Shown here in pieces: positions 40,488-53,552 of a stretch of 64,000 nt of DNA (positions are counted from its first letter, which is position 1; every line of letters starts with the position of its first letter). The position numbers and the translations under genes are program-made. The notes beneath the pieces are model-generated. The model was not told where the DNA came from. It made no database searches and saw nothing but the letters and a program-made list of their open reading frames with translations. The stretch lies in NCBI GenBank assembly GCA_965203295.1, contig CBDBCZ010000017.1, forward strand, positions 1,536,001-1,600,000, given 5' to 3'. The DNA comes from Nitrospirales bacterium. GTDB taxonomy: Bacteria > Nitrospirota > Nitrospiria > Nitrospirales > UBA8639.

Positions 40488-42070
40488 ATGGCTGCAGATG
40501 CACAGTCCCTGCATGGAAATGGTATGCTCATCAGTGCATGGCAGTTAAACTGTACTAAACAAGTTACAGTAAACATGTTACCTCACTGTATAGCTACAGT
40601 ATAGTTAATGGAAAACAATAAACTCTTTATTCAGTCATCAGTGCCTCAGATGATGAGGTACCCCCAGCTAAGAGAAGCAAAAGGGTATCACCTTTCATTG
40701 GTCCAATGTCAGAGACCACATACAGCATGCTGTATAGGCTTCTTGAAGGGAACTCTGACAATGATCCAGATGTTGTGCAATTTGCAAAGCAATACAGGAA
40801 AGCACTGTATAAAGATGGCAACACCAAGAAACCAATATATCATTTCATTGAAAATGAGCAGGGAAATCCTGCAATTGGTAAGTGTGATGGAGGGAGAATG
40901 AAGGAAGTTGTTCATAAGCAGAGAGCAATAGAAATAGTTGAGAGCATTCATAGACCAGGTGGAAAGGGATGCAGGCCAGGGAGGCAGAAGCTGGTCAGGA
41001 AAACTTTTATGGAGAAATACTGTATTAGTGGTATTACACAAATTGTCAATGACGTGTTAGCAAGTTGTACTGGTACCTGTAAGGAGACAATCAGATTGTC
41101 TGTGCAGCACCCACCTCCTACCCCTATCAGAACGAGTGCAGTAATGGAACGCATACAAATTGATATCACTGAAGTGTATGGTCCATCAAGTCCTTTTCTA
41201 GAATCAGCTTCACATCCATACAGTATGATTCTAGTTATCAAGGATTGCTTTTCTAAATTTTGTTGGTTAACACCAATAAAGAATAAAGAGGCTAGTACAG
41301 TTGCAAGTGTCCTAACTGGAGTATTCCGCACGTACGGCTGCCCACAAATTCTACAAAGTGATAATGGGGGAGAATTCATAGCAAAAGTGATTAAAACCCT
41401 CTGTGCTAACTTCAATGTGACGATCAAGCATGGTAGTCCATACAAACCTCAAACCCAAGGGCAGATTGAAAATCTTAACAAGCGAGTGAAGAGATATCTT
41501 GCAGCACGACTGCTAGATTTTGCACCACAAGAACAAACAAATGTGTGGCCAGTACTTTTGCCGGAAATCTCAAATGTCATTAACAATACTTATCATTTCA
41601 CGACCCAGAGCACACCATTTCATATTTTTTTCGGTAGACCATCAAGGTTGTACTCCGAGAATTCAGATATGTGGCCTTCAGATGATATTCTAGTTGGAGA
41701 GGGATTCGATGATTCTGAAGTATATAGTTTCAGCACAGCTGATTTGAGTGACTCCACACAGCAACCAGTGTTTCAAGATTTGCCTAGTAAACACAAGGAT
41801 GTCTTCAGCTCGGTTACGACGACAGCTGAGACTGAATCACTCCTTTACAGCCTAATAGAGCGTGAAGTCATGCAGTCAAATGTGATCGAGTCTGCTGAGA
41901 GAATGGCAATGACTAATTACTTTGCTCATGTTCGCAAACTGGATTTTGATAGTACGATTACTATTTCACGATTTTTACTGATCTGTATCACACTGCAATT
42001 TTTACTGCACACCGACAGGTATTTAACATGCAAAAAAAGAAATTCTGTTCCTATGATTCCCTTTCCTTAA
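40488..42070 (+). CDS. Retroviral-type (rve) DDE integrase/transposase of the Ginger-like element, copy 1
   Basis: The 454-aa ORF has an H..C..C zinc-binding-like region and the motifs ERIQID(D), ILQSDNGGEF(D), SPYKPQTQGQIE(E) and TPFHIFFGR. There is no gag/RT/RNase H nearby. A probable short first exon 40488-40521 splices in frame to 40635. Confidence 0.85.
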
Positions 42071-42593
42071 CAGCAGAATATGAAGCAAAAATTCAACACA
42101 TCGCGTAAATTTCAATTATAACACCTGTACTACTAGACTGTACTATACTGTCTCATCCTAATATATTAATATATCTAGTGGTTTACTAACATCAATGTAT
42201 GCAATGGAAGGGTATACTCAGAACGTAACCAAGTGGAAAAGAAAAAAAAGGCTATGTAAGTGTACGTACCTTTACCCTTATGATGTAATGGGGTAAGAAT
42301 TGACAATGTCGTGCAAGTGTTTGTGCTTTCATGTTGAAAGCACAAAAACATACACGTATTTAGTGTCTGTCTCCTTTTACCCCCCACCCCACCCCCCCCC
42401 TAGCTACATCATTTCGGTAAAGGATCTTTTATATTCATCTTGATTTTGCAGAGCTGCACTTTCTCCGTATAATTCTCGTGACGAGACTATTGTAGAATGT
42501 GGGTTTGCTGCCTAATTATCATGCATTAATTATATTAATTAATATAGTGGATCTTTGGCTCTAAGATACAGAAAGCTCAGTATTTATTACTAG

Positions 42594-44471
42594 CTATGAG
42601 GGGTTAAAAAGTTTCTCAATGATGGCTCTTTGGGCGAAGGAGCTGCAAGCCTTTTCAACTGATTGCTTCAAGGTTTCAACTTCTGCAGACATTGCTTGAG
42701 CCATTTTTCTGACAGCGTCGATGCTGTAGTGAGTTTGACAGTTGTATATCTTATCGCTGAAGAGTATTTCTATGAGCTTTTTACCAACTTCTGGATAGTC
42801 GATAGGATAGCCATTAGCTTGCGCAAACAACGATATCATGAAGGTGTAGAAAGGAGTTAAAATGGTGTTTGGGTGGTTATACGATGTTGTGTTAGGAGGT
42901 GAGAGTTGGGATGCTTGGAATGGCATATTATTTAATAGAGGGTCCACTGTTTTCATAACTTCGATTCCGAGGATTTCCGTCAGCATTCTATAACTCTGGG
43001 AGATATGATTCTTGTGGGTGTCTATAACGCTGACAAGATCGTGGAGATACTTGGTTATGTCCAGTCTGCAACAGCGCACCATATGTACTAGCATTGCCAA
43101 CCACTGTAGCATGGGTACGTAGGCCCATGCAGAGTAAGTAACTGACTCAATTGTCCTCAATTTACAGCCCACTTCCGCTATAATGTTGTTCAGCTGATGA
43201 CTGTCCATCAGTCCACTACAGATGTCAGTTACGCATCTGCATGCATTGTTGGCTGGAGTTCCGACTGGGTCCTTTCTTTCTGCTTGCCGTTCTTGAATCC
43301 GTCGCCGGGATGAAACGTTCCACTGTGTAGGCATGAGCACTTTATTGAATTGCGTGAAGGAATCCAGGCACTCTTCCACGTGTGGTTTCAACGCATCTAC
43401 ATCAAATGACTTTGATTCTGCCCTAGTTCGTATGTGTGCATGATACCCTGCTGCAAAGGTCGAGATGCTTTGCAAGGTTGATGAAATGAGCTGAGGATCG
43501 ATTATCGCTGTCTCGGTATCTATCTGATCGTGAAAGCAAGGCCACTGATGCACAATTGGAGTGTCCATTGCAAAGATGTGCTTCATATCTTCCCAGGTAG
43601 TCTTAATCATCACTCTCCATTCATGATCGTTTGCTGTTAGTCTCGAAAGCTCGTTCCTATAGAATATGTACTGGGTCTGCTTCACATAGAAAATGTGATC
43701 GAGGGTTTGGTTTGGGCCCTTGAGACTGGAAGGTACATCTGGAACTCCTGTCTCCACCACTAGAAGCTTTGCCAAGTCAATGCGTCCAATATGTTCCAGA
43801 CGTTGTACAAGATAGCCGTAGTTATGAGGGCCAAGGACCTCCTGGTTCTCAAGCTCACAAAAGAGTTTGTAGCCTTCCTTAATTTCCTCGCTTGAGGCTT
43901 CTGGGATAGAAGGACAGAGGAACAGCAGCTGCTGAATTTCATCAGTAGATAGATGATTGGAAATTTTTAGTAGCAAGAAACGGTGTGTTTCTACAGGTGT
44001 GCTGTTATCCGAGGCTCCATGCTGCAATCCTGAAAGTTTGCTAGCCAAATCCTGCCTTCCAATACACTGAAGCCATTCTTTGAGCTGGCTATGCTTATTC
44101 AGCCACAGAGATTTGCACCATTCCAGTTGCTGAAAGAGCTCTAAACCAGAACACACCTTTTCCGCAACCTCCTTGGGAATTATACCACCAGCCACAAACA
44201 GAAGACATTGGACATCTTTTCTGGTAAGTCTCCGTGCAATCTTCATCAATCTCAGTCTGTGCTTTGTCCTCTGGAGGCCATGAGCTTCGTTCCTGAGTTT
44301 TGATACTTTTGCTGTTTTTCTTCTTCGATCATTAGTACTGTGGCTTGGAGTTTTGAAACTGTACTTGTGCTTCGATCCATGAAACGAAGAGGTGCCCCGT
44401 TTAAGTTTACGACGGTTGAACTTCGGTCTACTCTGTTTGTCTAGCCTGCTTTTTGAACTGATGGAGGCCAT
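42594..44471 (-). CDS. Tandem-DED protein, copy 3 (intact)
   Basis: Full-length ORF, near-identical to copies 1 and 2. Confidence 0.85.
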   Translation of the reverse strand: MASISSKSRLDKQSRPKFNRRKLKRGTSSFHGSKHKYSFKTPSHSTNDRRRKTAKVSKLRNEAHGLQRTKHRLRLMKIARRLTRKDVQCLLFVAGGIIPKEVAEKVCSGLELFQQLEWCKSLWLNKHSQLKEWLQCIGRQDLASKLSGLQHGASDNSTPVETHRFLLLKISNHLSTDEIQQLLFLCPSIPEASSEEIKEGYKLFCELENQEVLGPHNYGYLVQRLEHIGRIDLAKLLVVETGVPDVPSSLKGPNQTLDHIFYVKQTQYIFYRNELSRLTANDHEWRVMIKTTWEDMKHIFAMDTPIVHQWPCFHDQIDTETAIIDPQLISSTLQSISTFAAGYHAHIRTRAESKSFDVDALKPHVEECLDSFTQFNKVLMPTQWNVSSRRRIQERQAERKDPVGTPANNACRCVTDICSGLMDSHQLNNIIAEVGCKLRTIESVTYSAWAYVPMLQWLAMLVHMVRCCRLDITKYLHDLVSVIDTHKNHISQSYRMLTEILGIEVMKTVDPLLNNMPFQASQLSPPNTTSYNHPNTILTPFYTFMISLFAQANGYPIDYPEVGKKLIEILFSDKIYNCQTHYSIDAVRKMAQAMSAEVETLKQSVEKACSSFAQRAIIEKLFNPS

Positions 44472-45324
44472 TCTCAAATGACAGCTTTGTCTGAAAGTGG
44501 TGAGTTACATCTAAGATATAAACCTAGTTGTTTACATCATAGAGGTTGCAGCACTGTCCAAGAAGAGGTTGCAACACTGTCCAAAAATGCATTGGGATGT
44601 CCCCTCTTAGTATATATAGCCCTCTTAAATGACATGTATAGCTATTTTTATTGGCACAGTGCTTGCTGGGGGAAACCTTTCCTATTTGGTTTCCAAATAT
44701 TTGAGCATTCAGCTCCCATTACTAATTTACGTAGTAGAGTAATCTTTATACCTTTATGATGTAATGTGGGTAAACGTAGACACAATTTAACATGCGTGTG
44801 TTTGCATGTGCTTTTATGTTTACATATGCATGCATGAAAGTACACGAATGTGCATGAGACCATCCTCCCTGCATTCTTTAATTACCCAGGATGGTCTCCG
44901 TAAATGCACTGCACGGATTTGTAGCTGCTCGATCGCGAGCTGTATTAAACACATAGCATGCACTGTTAGCCTCGTGACCAGACTATGGCGCTGTGATGTA
45001 TAGGTAGTTTGTGAAAGCTTTGCTGTACGAGTTGTTTAGCTTGTTTTACGAAAGTGCGTCCTACATGATTGTTTTTTTTTTCCCTCACTTTTTGGTAAAG
45101 TGGTTTTTATGTAACTTTTTCCATAGTAACAGAATGTAGTGCATGGCAGCGTACATCTTGTTAAATTATGAAATGCATAATATCAGGAATACAAGTGTAT
45201 GACAGTGGAGTGGAATGTATGTGTTCTTGATGAAACATATAAGTATTACTGCATTCGTGTATAGAACAAAATACCAACAAGTTAATAATATAATAGTAGC
45301 TATAGACTTCAACTGAAAAGATGA

Positions 45325-48300
45325 CTAGAAAATATTTAGTGAATACAAGGAATACACCACTGTTCCAGTAATAATGCTGAAGTATGAACCAATGGTGGTG
45401 GGTAGAGCACTGGACATATCGTCGCCAGTAGCTGATGGGGCTGTACTGTTTAGGAGACGATTACAACAGTCGAGAGGCTGAAAGCCCGTACAGACATCTG
45501 GTGCCTCATATGCACACTGAGCATCAGGGTAGGTAGTTAGCCCATTGAGCCGGGTTTGATCATTCTGTAACGTTTTAAAATGAAGACATTGAATAATCAC
45601 TGCATGGGATTGAGACACTTTAGCTTTTCCCAGTGGGTAGGATTCATGATAAAAATATTTCTTCAATTCCAACCTGAAATTCAGCAAAAGTTTTTACCGA
45701 TATTTCTACCCAGCATTACGTTAAGTCCTCTGGCCAGGAAGACAACACTGTTACAGTAAAAACACACTTGCAACTGGCACACTTGCAACTGGCCTGCATG
45801 GCTTTTTTTCAACATTGTAGCCAAAACATTGATAACCTGACACTTGCAACTGGCCTGCATGGCTTTTTTTTCAACATTGTAGCCAAAACATTGATAACCT
45901 CTGACAGACAGAAATTCTGCTGAAAGTTGGGTTGGAATTAATGAAACTATGCTCAAAACTTTGTACAGAAAAATCTGATACTTTTAATTAAGTGTTGGGC
46001 TTCACTTACGAAACAGATGTAAATTCCATTATTGCTTAGCACAGAATCTTGCAGATCTTGTATGGCATCAGGTGTCCAGTCGACTTGGTCCAGAACCGTC
46101 CTGATTCCAGCCTCATCATCCGAACCAAGGCTTTGGAAGAGCTGGCCACGTTCATTTGCCCTATCAGTTGAAAACCATGCACCCATGACTAGTTATGCAG
46201 GAGGTAATATAAGTTATGATTATTATTACATTTCTTATGATCAAACTTACGAGAGGTGTTGCTCAGTGAAGGGTGTGTATGCAGCAGGCACTTGCGGTAT
46301 AGATCCACACTCACCCATTTGAATGCGAGGATAGTAAATTAGAAAACTTAAGCACATTTCATCATGTGTCCTTTCACCTCCCTGCATGAAATCAGAATTT
46401 GTGAAACTTGACTTGCTAGTTTTGATAAATAGCATACCACATAGCATTAATAATGCTTACTAGAGTCACGTTTGAGTTTTCGGTTGTTCTGTAGAAACAT
46501 TTCAGAGCTAGTGAATCCCCCTGCATGGGGAAAAATAATTTACTGGTCATCATATTTGTTGACATGATCAAGAGACATTTTGTGGGAGTCCTAAGAATAC
46601 TTACAGGAAGAACCTGGACTTTTCTTGGCAAAATGTTGAATTGCTGTAATAACATCAAAGTATAATAGTAAGAGTTCTTTTGATTGGGGTAAGACCATGC
46701 ATGTAGAGTATACCTGAAGATTAAAATCGTATTTCAAGTTGCTGTCAATGGGCTCTAATTCTTCCAGGACACCGCACTCTTCATTGGGCCTGAAGTGCTG
46801 CAGCACTAGTCCATGTCCTGTAAAAAAAAAGAGATACCATCAACAGTACTGTGAGTGAATTTTGGATGGGTAAAGATTTAGCAGTAATGCCATATAGTGG
46901 TCATAGAAATAATAATATCTGCATTGTAGCATGAGTATTAATTTATCTCCTCATGCATTCAGTTTCCAGGCACAGGTAAACACACAATAGCCTCGTACAA
47001 AAAAAGAGAAAGCTGGGGAGTTGAGTCTAGAAACGAGGCTATATATAAGTACTATGTGATATTTAGTATCATGATTATAATAACAGGAGTGCATGAACAT
47101 ATAATATTATAGTGATAAGGGTAGTGCCGTACTAAGCAATCTTTATCTTGTTTTGGTTACAAAAATGTACTCTCAAGCCAGATTAGGACTTTACAAATTC
47201 CTTATATGGCATTGTTACAGTAGCAGCTCTACTCTACAAGATGTGGTTCTATGAAGTTACACTAATGCTCCTGATAATGTTTCTAGATATACATACCTAC
47301 AAGATGTGTGCTATACTTGCAAATTGCATGACTATATCAGTACTATAGGACACCATGTGATAATGATTATTATAGCAGGAGCACATGAACATAGTGATAA
47401 GAGTAGTGCCGTACTAAGTGGATCTTTTTCTTGTTTTGTTTGCAAATTTTAAGTGTACTGTCAAGCCAGATTAGGTATTTACGAATTCCTTATATTACAG
47501 TAGCAGCTCTACTCTACAAAATGTGGTTCTATGGAGTTACACACTAATGCTCCTGATAACATTTTTAGATGTACATACCTACAAGATGTGTGTGAAGCAA
47601 ATTTCCAAATATTGTGATACCATCATCCGGTATAGTCTAAATGGGAGGAGAATCATCATGCAGTGGGGTTAATGTTGTGTTTAAATATAGGACTTGAAGT
47701 GTATAGCACTTACGTTTTGTGTGCAAGCAGCAGGACAAACAGATTCTATTACATAATTGTCCGCTTTCGGAGGGATGACCATATTACTTGTAACTAAATG
47801 CCCCAGCACGAGTATTCCTGCCTCAACCGCTGGGGGGTTGCTTGAATAGAAAAATTCAAGTCCAGAACTGTCAAGAACTCCTAATATTAAAGGAAGAGCA
47901 AAGTTGTTTTTTTAAATGAATAAATAGTACAATGTCATAATATTAATTTTATATACACGATAGTACTGTCAGTAGATTCACCTGTTCTCAGCAGTGGATT
48001 GTCATAGTGCATTTCAAGAACCAAATACTCTGCATTGCCAGGACCCCCAATCGGGTAGGCTACATTTTCTGGATAGACGACATCCTACAAACAAGAAGGT
48101 ATAATTCTGGTATTTGCATGCATGTGTAACAAATCCGCTCCAACGGACTGCCATGTTTCCCAACGCTCCGCTGCGACGGGCGCTCCAACTCTAGCGCTCC
48201 GCTGCGACGGGCGCACCAACCCTGGCGCTCCGCTGCGACGGACGCACTCGCTGGCTGACTCACCCAATATGGACAAACTCTCTAGTACAGACTCAGTACA

Positions 48301-49762
48301 GACTCAGTACAGACTTATTTATACAAAAAACACCTAGCAACCAACATCACACCTAAAACATACAGTAAACACATAACTGTCAGTATCACCTATTAACATG
48401 TCTCTATAGCCTAAGTTATCAGCTAAAGTCCTAATTGTCACACATGCATGATCACAACCTCGTACATGCACAGCTTCTCTGCCAAACGTATATTATACTT
48501 ACCACTCCTCCCACTGCCCACGCTCCACCAACGGCAGTTCTACAGTTCCTCAAGTCATCAGGAGCATTATCACAGTGTGCACCGCTGCTTGCAAGAGTGT
48601 CAGGCTCAAGAAAGTTACAGTGGTATACCACAATGTGATGAACATGTGGAAAGCTGTCCTCAGTTATGGTGGGTGAAAACTGCATAAGTAAGAAGATTAT
48701 GAATCACTGTTTGTAGTTATGCTTTACGATTAATTAAAACTACATAAATAAAAAAAAATTACTAACCTTAAAGATGTACTGCTCCTGTGCCCTCACTTCA
48801 GCTGGTAACTGAAAGCCTGAACACCAGTAGGTAGTGTCTCTGTCACCTGGAATTGTTATCTATGTGTGTGCATGAAAGTAGGCGAAAGAATTGGGTCTTT
48901 CACCAAGTTGAATACACGATTTGTATGATATGATACTTGTATATAGACTGATATGCTTACGTTAGTATTTCGGATTGTGAATGACTTTGTATCTGGTGGA
49001 TTCGGCCGTTCGTTATTCAGCCCTCCAAGAAGATTGAGACTGGTGGTTCCTCGTGACTGATGCTGTCTAATTTCACCTAGTACATCTGAGGGATTGAATG
49101 AATTCCAGCTCCAAATTACACGAGTTGTGTCAGCCTGTATGAAAGAGAAAGATAACAGTCCGTGCATCTTAATATAAGAGCATTAATTGCGCTATTATAA
49201 TGAAAGTACATGTAGCTGTATGGTAAACCCACAAAATACGGACATATACAATCACTGACCAAAATATTGACATCTTTGTCATCACAGGAAGTTAGGTTTC
49301 TGGAGAATTCAAGGATGGTGACTCCATTCTCTTGCTCGCCGCTTATCAGAAACCAGTCCTGGCTTGCATCAATCGGAGGTAGGGCTTGCTGCTCGGCATA
49401 GCGATCCTGCAAACAGAAGCAACGAAACAGACAGTAACAGTTAACACGGAAACACTGCCCCGCTCGCATTGATGGTAGTAACTTACATGGAATTGCACGG
49501 TTCCGTCGCTCTCGACCCATCCGATCACCACATCTGATCCAACCATGCCACCATCGGGAGAGATTCCGAATCCCACCCAGCCAGTCGTTTGCACGCGAAC
49601 GGCGAATGAGATGGTTTGCGCACTCAAGTCGTAGTTCCAGTGGAGTTCGTACAGTCCATCGCGGTCCAGAATAGCCGAAAAGCGGTATTCCTGCGATAAA
49701 TCGTGCGCACCGTAAACAGTCAGCGCAAGAAGGGAAAGCGTTACCACAGTCCCTAGCGTCAT
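45325..49762 (-). CDS. MOXD1: DBH-like monooxygenase (MOXD1-like), copy 3 (mosaic of copy-1-like 3' part and copy-2-like 5' part)
   Basis: Same exons and copper ligands. It retains the copy-1 STAPSA segment but carries the copy-2 solo LTR and lacks the copy-1 MITE. Confidence 0.88.
48125..48442. mobile_element. Probable solo LTR, duplicate of 34053-34370
   Basis: Matching sequence and CATG TSD at offset 14072. Confidence 0.75.
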
Positions 49763-50386
49763 GGTTTGTATTCTTGTCGCTAAGATATACTCGGCTGGTA
49801 CCTGTGTCTGTACTATAGACCGTCTGCGGTTAATTGCATCAGGTATACTCGGCTGGTACCTGAGTCTGTACTATAGACCGTCTGCGGTTAATTGCATCAT
49901 TTCCTGTTGTGTGTAGGTAGTAAAGATAGAGTATCTATGATATCACACACACATGATCATGTAGACTGGCTCCACCGGACTAATGACCATGATGTAAGAT
50001 GAAAGTATGATTACAAATTGATCACCAGATGATGCAATACGTTCCCAATCAACTTGTTTTTGCACACACACACACACACACACATAAAAATGCAATACAA
50101 ATTCTATTTCTACCGCTAAGCGGTCACTCGCACCTGGCAAAGCCAGGCTGCTTGTGCACTAAGCAAGCACTATGAGCCAGTGCTGGCAAACTCCTGGAAC
50201 CGGGCTAGGAACTCACAGGAGGACTGACTACTTCTCTCTGGTGTGGGCAGCCGAAGTCCCACACCCTTCGCTGTCTGGTTTGAAAGTTCATTTTGAGTAC
50301 CTCATTAACTCTAGCTACATTAAATTTATCTTGAATATTCATACAAGATAATCAGCACAATTATGCTATAGGTTAATTAATAACCT

Positions 50387-51171
50387 CTAATCAAAATGAT
50401 AAATGAATCCTTTTAAGAAATTTACAATGCTCTTCCTGACATTTTCTTCCTCCGACTGTGGTCCGGTGAACTTCCACCCCCAGTACCTATGGTCTGTACC
50501 ACTACCACTACCTCCATAGCCTTCTCGCAGCCAGCTTAGAGGAAAACTGGGAGAACTGTCCCAACCATATTTGGACTAGTTGTACTGGTACTCATGATAC
50601 TCGGCGCCACGCAGATCGATCCTTACTTTCACAGACACCACAGGCGTTCCCGAGAAATAGCGCTTCTCCATCACTTCTCGATTAACAGAATCTGCAGCAA
50701 ATATGTCCCAATCGTAACCTGGAACTTGTACTGCAAAGGTTTCTATTTTCCCCCACAGAAATTCAATATTAAACTTCCAGTCACCGGGTGCCTCACGTCC
50801 GAGGGAATTGACTACAAAATTATCTTTAGGAGATACATTCAGGTTGACACTGGCTGAGTCGGCAATGATATCCCTATAAAAAGTCACAGCGTCAGGAATT
50901 CTGGCTAGTACTTCCACGGGAATTGTAAGGTCAGAAGATGCAGAATCATCAGGGCTCTTAATAAGGGTCACTGTCCCATTCTCCTGACAGGAGACGATGT
51001 AGGACTCGGAGTCCCTATACTCACTAAAGGCCACAACGTCACCATGACACAACTCATAACTAACGCTTCTACGCCGGCTGCACTCGTAGGACATTCAGAG
51101 TCATACAGCCTTAAGTATTTAGCAGCTTCTGCGGGACACTTCGTATCTTTGCTGGGCTCTTGAGAGGCCAT
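50387..51171 (-). pseudogene. Disrupted copy 4 of the orphan gene
   Basis: Same two lesions as copy 3. Confidence 0.88.
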
Positions 51172-51613
51172 CGAACTCTTCAAGCCGCCGTATATAGTTC
51201 TAAGTCTCGTGATCAGGCAGCGTCTAGTTAACTAGTTACGTGATCTGTGAGTAGGCAGCAGCGTGTAACGCCAAGAGCAAGGCACGCCACCGGCAAGGCA
51301 CTGGCGTTTACCGGACCGGACACGGCGCTACCGTAAATGACTTGCACTCATAAGTCTAATTATGCGATTCCTGCGTTATATATTACAGAGTAGGCTCGTA
51401 TCCTATATGCGAGGCTATATCACAGAGATCCATGGTGCCCTACATAATTTGGTGAGTGGCATGCACGATCGCAGATCAACAGTAATCTCGCGAAGCCAAT
51501 CAAAGCAGTCATAAATGTAGAAGGTGAACTGACTGGCTTTGTTTGGCTCACTGGAGAATATTGTATGCGTCTGTTTTCATGTGTTTTCAAGTCTCTCAGA
51601 GCACCTCCATGAA

Positions 51614-53035
51614 TGTGACACTAGTACAGCATTGACCATGGTTTGCCTTGCTCGTGGCAGTGTAGGAGGCTGCCATGAGCAAGGCAGTTTATTCTGTAGT
51701 ACGGTTGCTTGTACTCTGAGCCTTATTTCAATGGTATACCCAAGCCTCCGTTGTGACACTAGTACGTACAGCATTGACCATGGTTTGCCTTGCTCGTGGC
51801 AGTGTAGGAGACTGCCACGAGCAAGGCAGTTATTCTGTAGGACGGTTGCTTGTACTCTGAGCCTTATTTAAATGGTACCCAAGCCTCCGTTGTGACACTA
51901 GTACAGCATTAACCATGATTTGCCTTGCTCATGGCAGTGTAGGAGACTGCCATGAGCAAGGCAGATGTCATGTAGTACGGTTGCTTATCCTCTGAGCCTT
52001 ATTGTAACCGTACCCGAGGCCTCAGTTGTGACACTAGTACATCATTGACCATGGTTTGCCTTGCTCGTGGCAGTGTAGGAGACTGCCACGAGCAAGGCAG
52101 TTATTCATTGACCATGGTTTGCCTTGCTCATGGCAGTGTAGGAGACTGCCATGAGCAAGGCAGATGTCATGTAGTACGGTTGCTTATCCTCTGAGCCTTA
52201 TTGTAACCGTACCCGAGGCCTCCGTTGTCACACTAGTACATCATTGACCATGGTTTGCCTTGCTCATGGCAGTGTAGGAGACTGCCACGAGCAAGGCAGT
52301 TTTTCTGTGGAACGGTTGCTTGTCTGAGCCTTATTTAAATGGTACCCGAGGCCTCCGTTGTGACACTAGTACATCATTGACCATGGTTTGCCTTGCTCGT
52401 GGCAGTGTAGGAGACTGCCACGAGCAAGGCAGTTATTCTGTAGGACGGTTGCTTGTACTCTGAGCCTTATTTAAATGGTACCCAAGCCTCCGTTGTGACA
52501 CTAGTACAGCATTAACCATGATTTGCCTTGCTCGTGGCAGTGTAGGAGACTGCCATGAGCAAGGCAGATGTCATGTAGTACGATTGCTTATCCTCTGAGC
52601 CTTATTGTAACCGTACCCGAGGCCTCAGTTGTGACACTAGTACATCATTGACCATGGTTTGCCTTGCTCGTGGCAGTGTAGGAGACTGCCACGAGCAAGG
52701 CAGTTATTCATTGACCATGGTTTGCCTTGCTCATGGCAGTGTAGGAGACTGCCATGAGCAAGGCAGATGTCATGTAGTACGGTTGCTTATCCTCTGAGCC
52801 TTATTGTAACCGTACCCGAGGCCTCCGTTGTCACACTAGTACATCATTGACCATGGTTTGCCTTGCTCATGGCAGTGTAGGAGACTGCCACGAGCAAGGC
52901 AGTTTTTCTGTGGAACGGTTGCTTGTCTGAGCCTTATTTAAATGGTACCCGAGGCCTCCGTTGTGACACTAGTACATCATTGACCATGGTTTGCCTTGCT
53001 CGTGGCAGTGTAGGAGACTGCCACGAGCAAGGCAG
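51614..53035 (+). repeat. Hairpin minisatellite array 2 (12 palindromes, 603-bp higher-order period)
   Basis: Same core as array 1; equivalent hairpins at 51784, 52387 and 52990. Confidence 0.95.
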
Positions 53036-53552
53036 ACACTAGTATAATTTAGTACGGTTTGCCTTTCTGTGTTTATACTGCGTAATATCACTACTGTTTC
53101 CTGTAGGACAAGATGAAGTTTATTATGGAGTGATACACTGCACCACTGAGCTGTGTTGGTTATTCACATTTTGGAACATAATAGGCTCATATACAGAGCC
53201 ATCCAGAATGCTGGCAGTCAGTACTTGTAGTAGGGAAACCACCCCCATTCTTGGTTTCAGCTGTGATCAAATGTAATTGCCAATTACAGCTGAATGTTGA
53301 CATCATTGAAGCAGCTGAAAGCACATGGTTTAGAAAACTCTCCAGCTGCATGCTATTTTTTGTTGAGAATCAGTATTGAACATGTGTGTCTGCCTTTGGA
53401 TGACTACGCAGTATTGAAACGAGATGTCATCTAATCGGTTGGTTGAAGTATTTTTGATTTGGTATAATTATGATCATATAGCAAGTCTGTACACGTATAT
53501 TTCACCATATTATGCCCTACAACTTTATATAGCTAGTGGGAGTTGGATGAAC

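Larger units (their letters stand above)
37192..42262 (+). mobile_element. Ginger-like (gypsy-integrase) DNA transposon, 3'-truncated copy
   Basis: Begins TGTAAC exactly where the unit diverges from units 1 and 2. It contains a hairpin array and an rve integrase, and breaks off after ggctatgtaagtg, where cassette sequence (cctttacccttatgatg) resumes. Confidence 0.78.

Noticed and set aside
40706..42070. LTR retrotransposon or Polinton as the source of the integrase
   Set aside because: There is no gag, protease, RT, RNase H, polB or capsid ORF. The element has inverted rather than direct terminal repeats, and it has introns.
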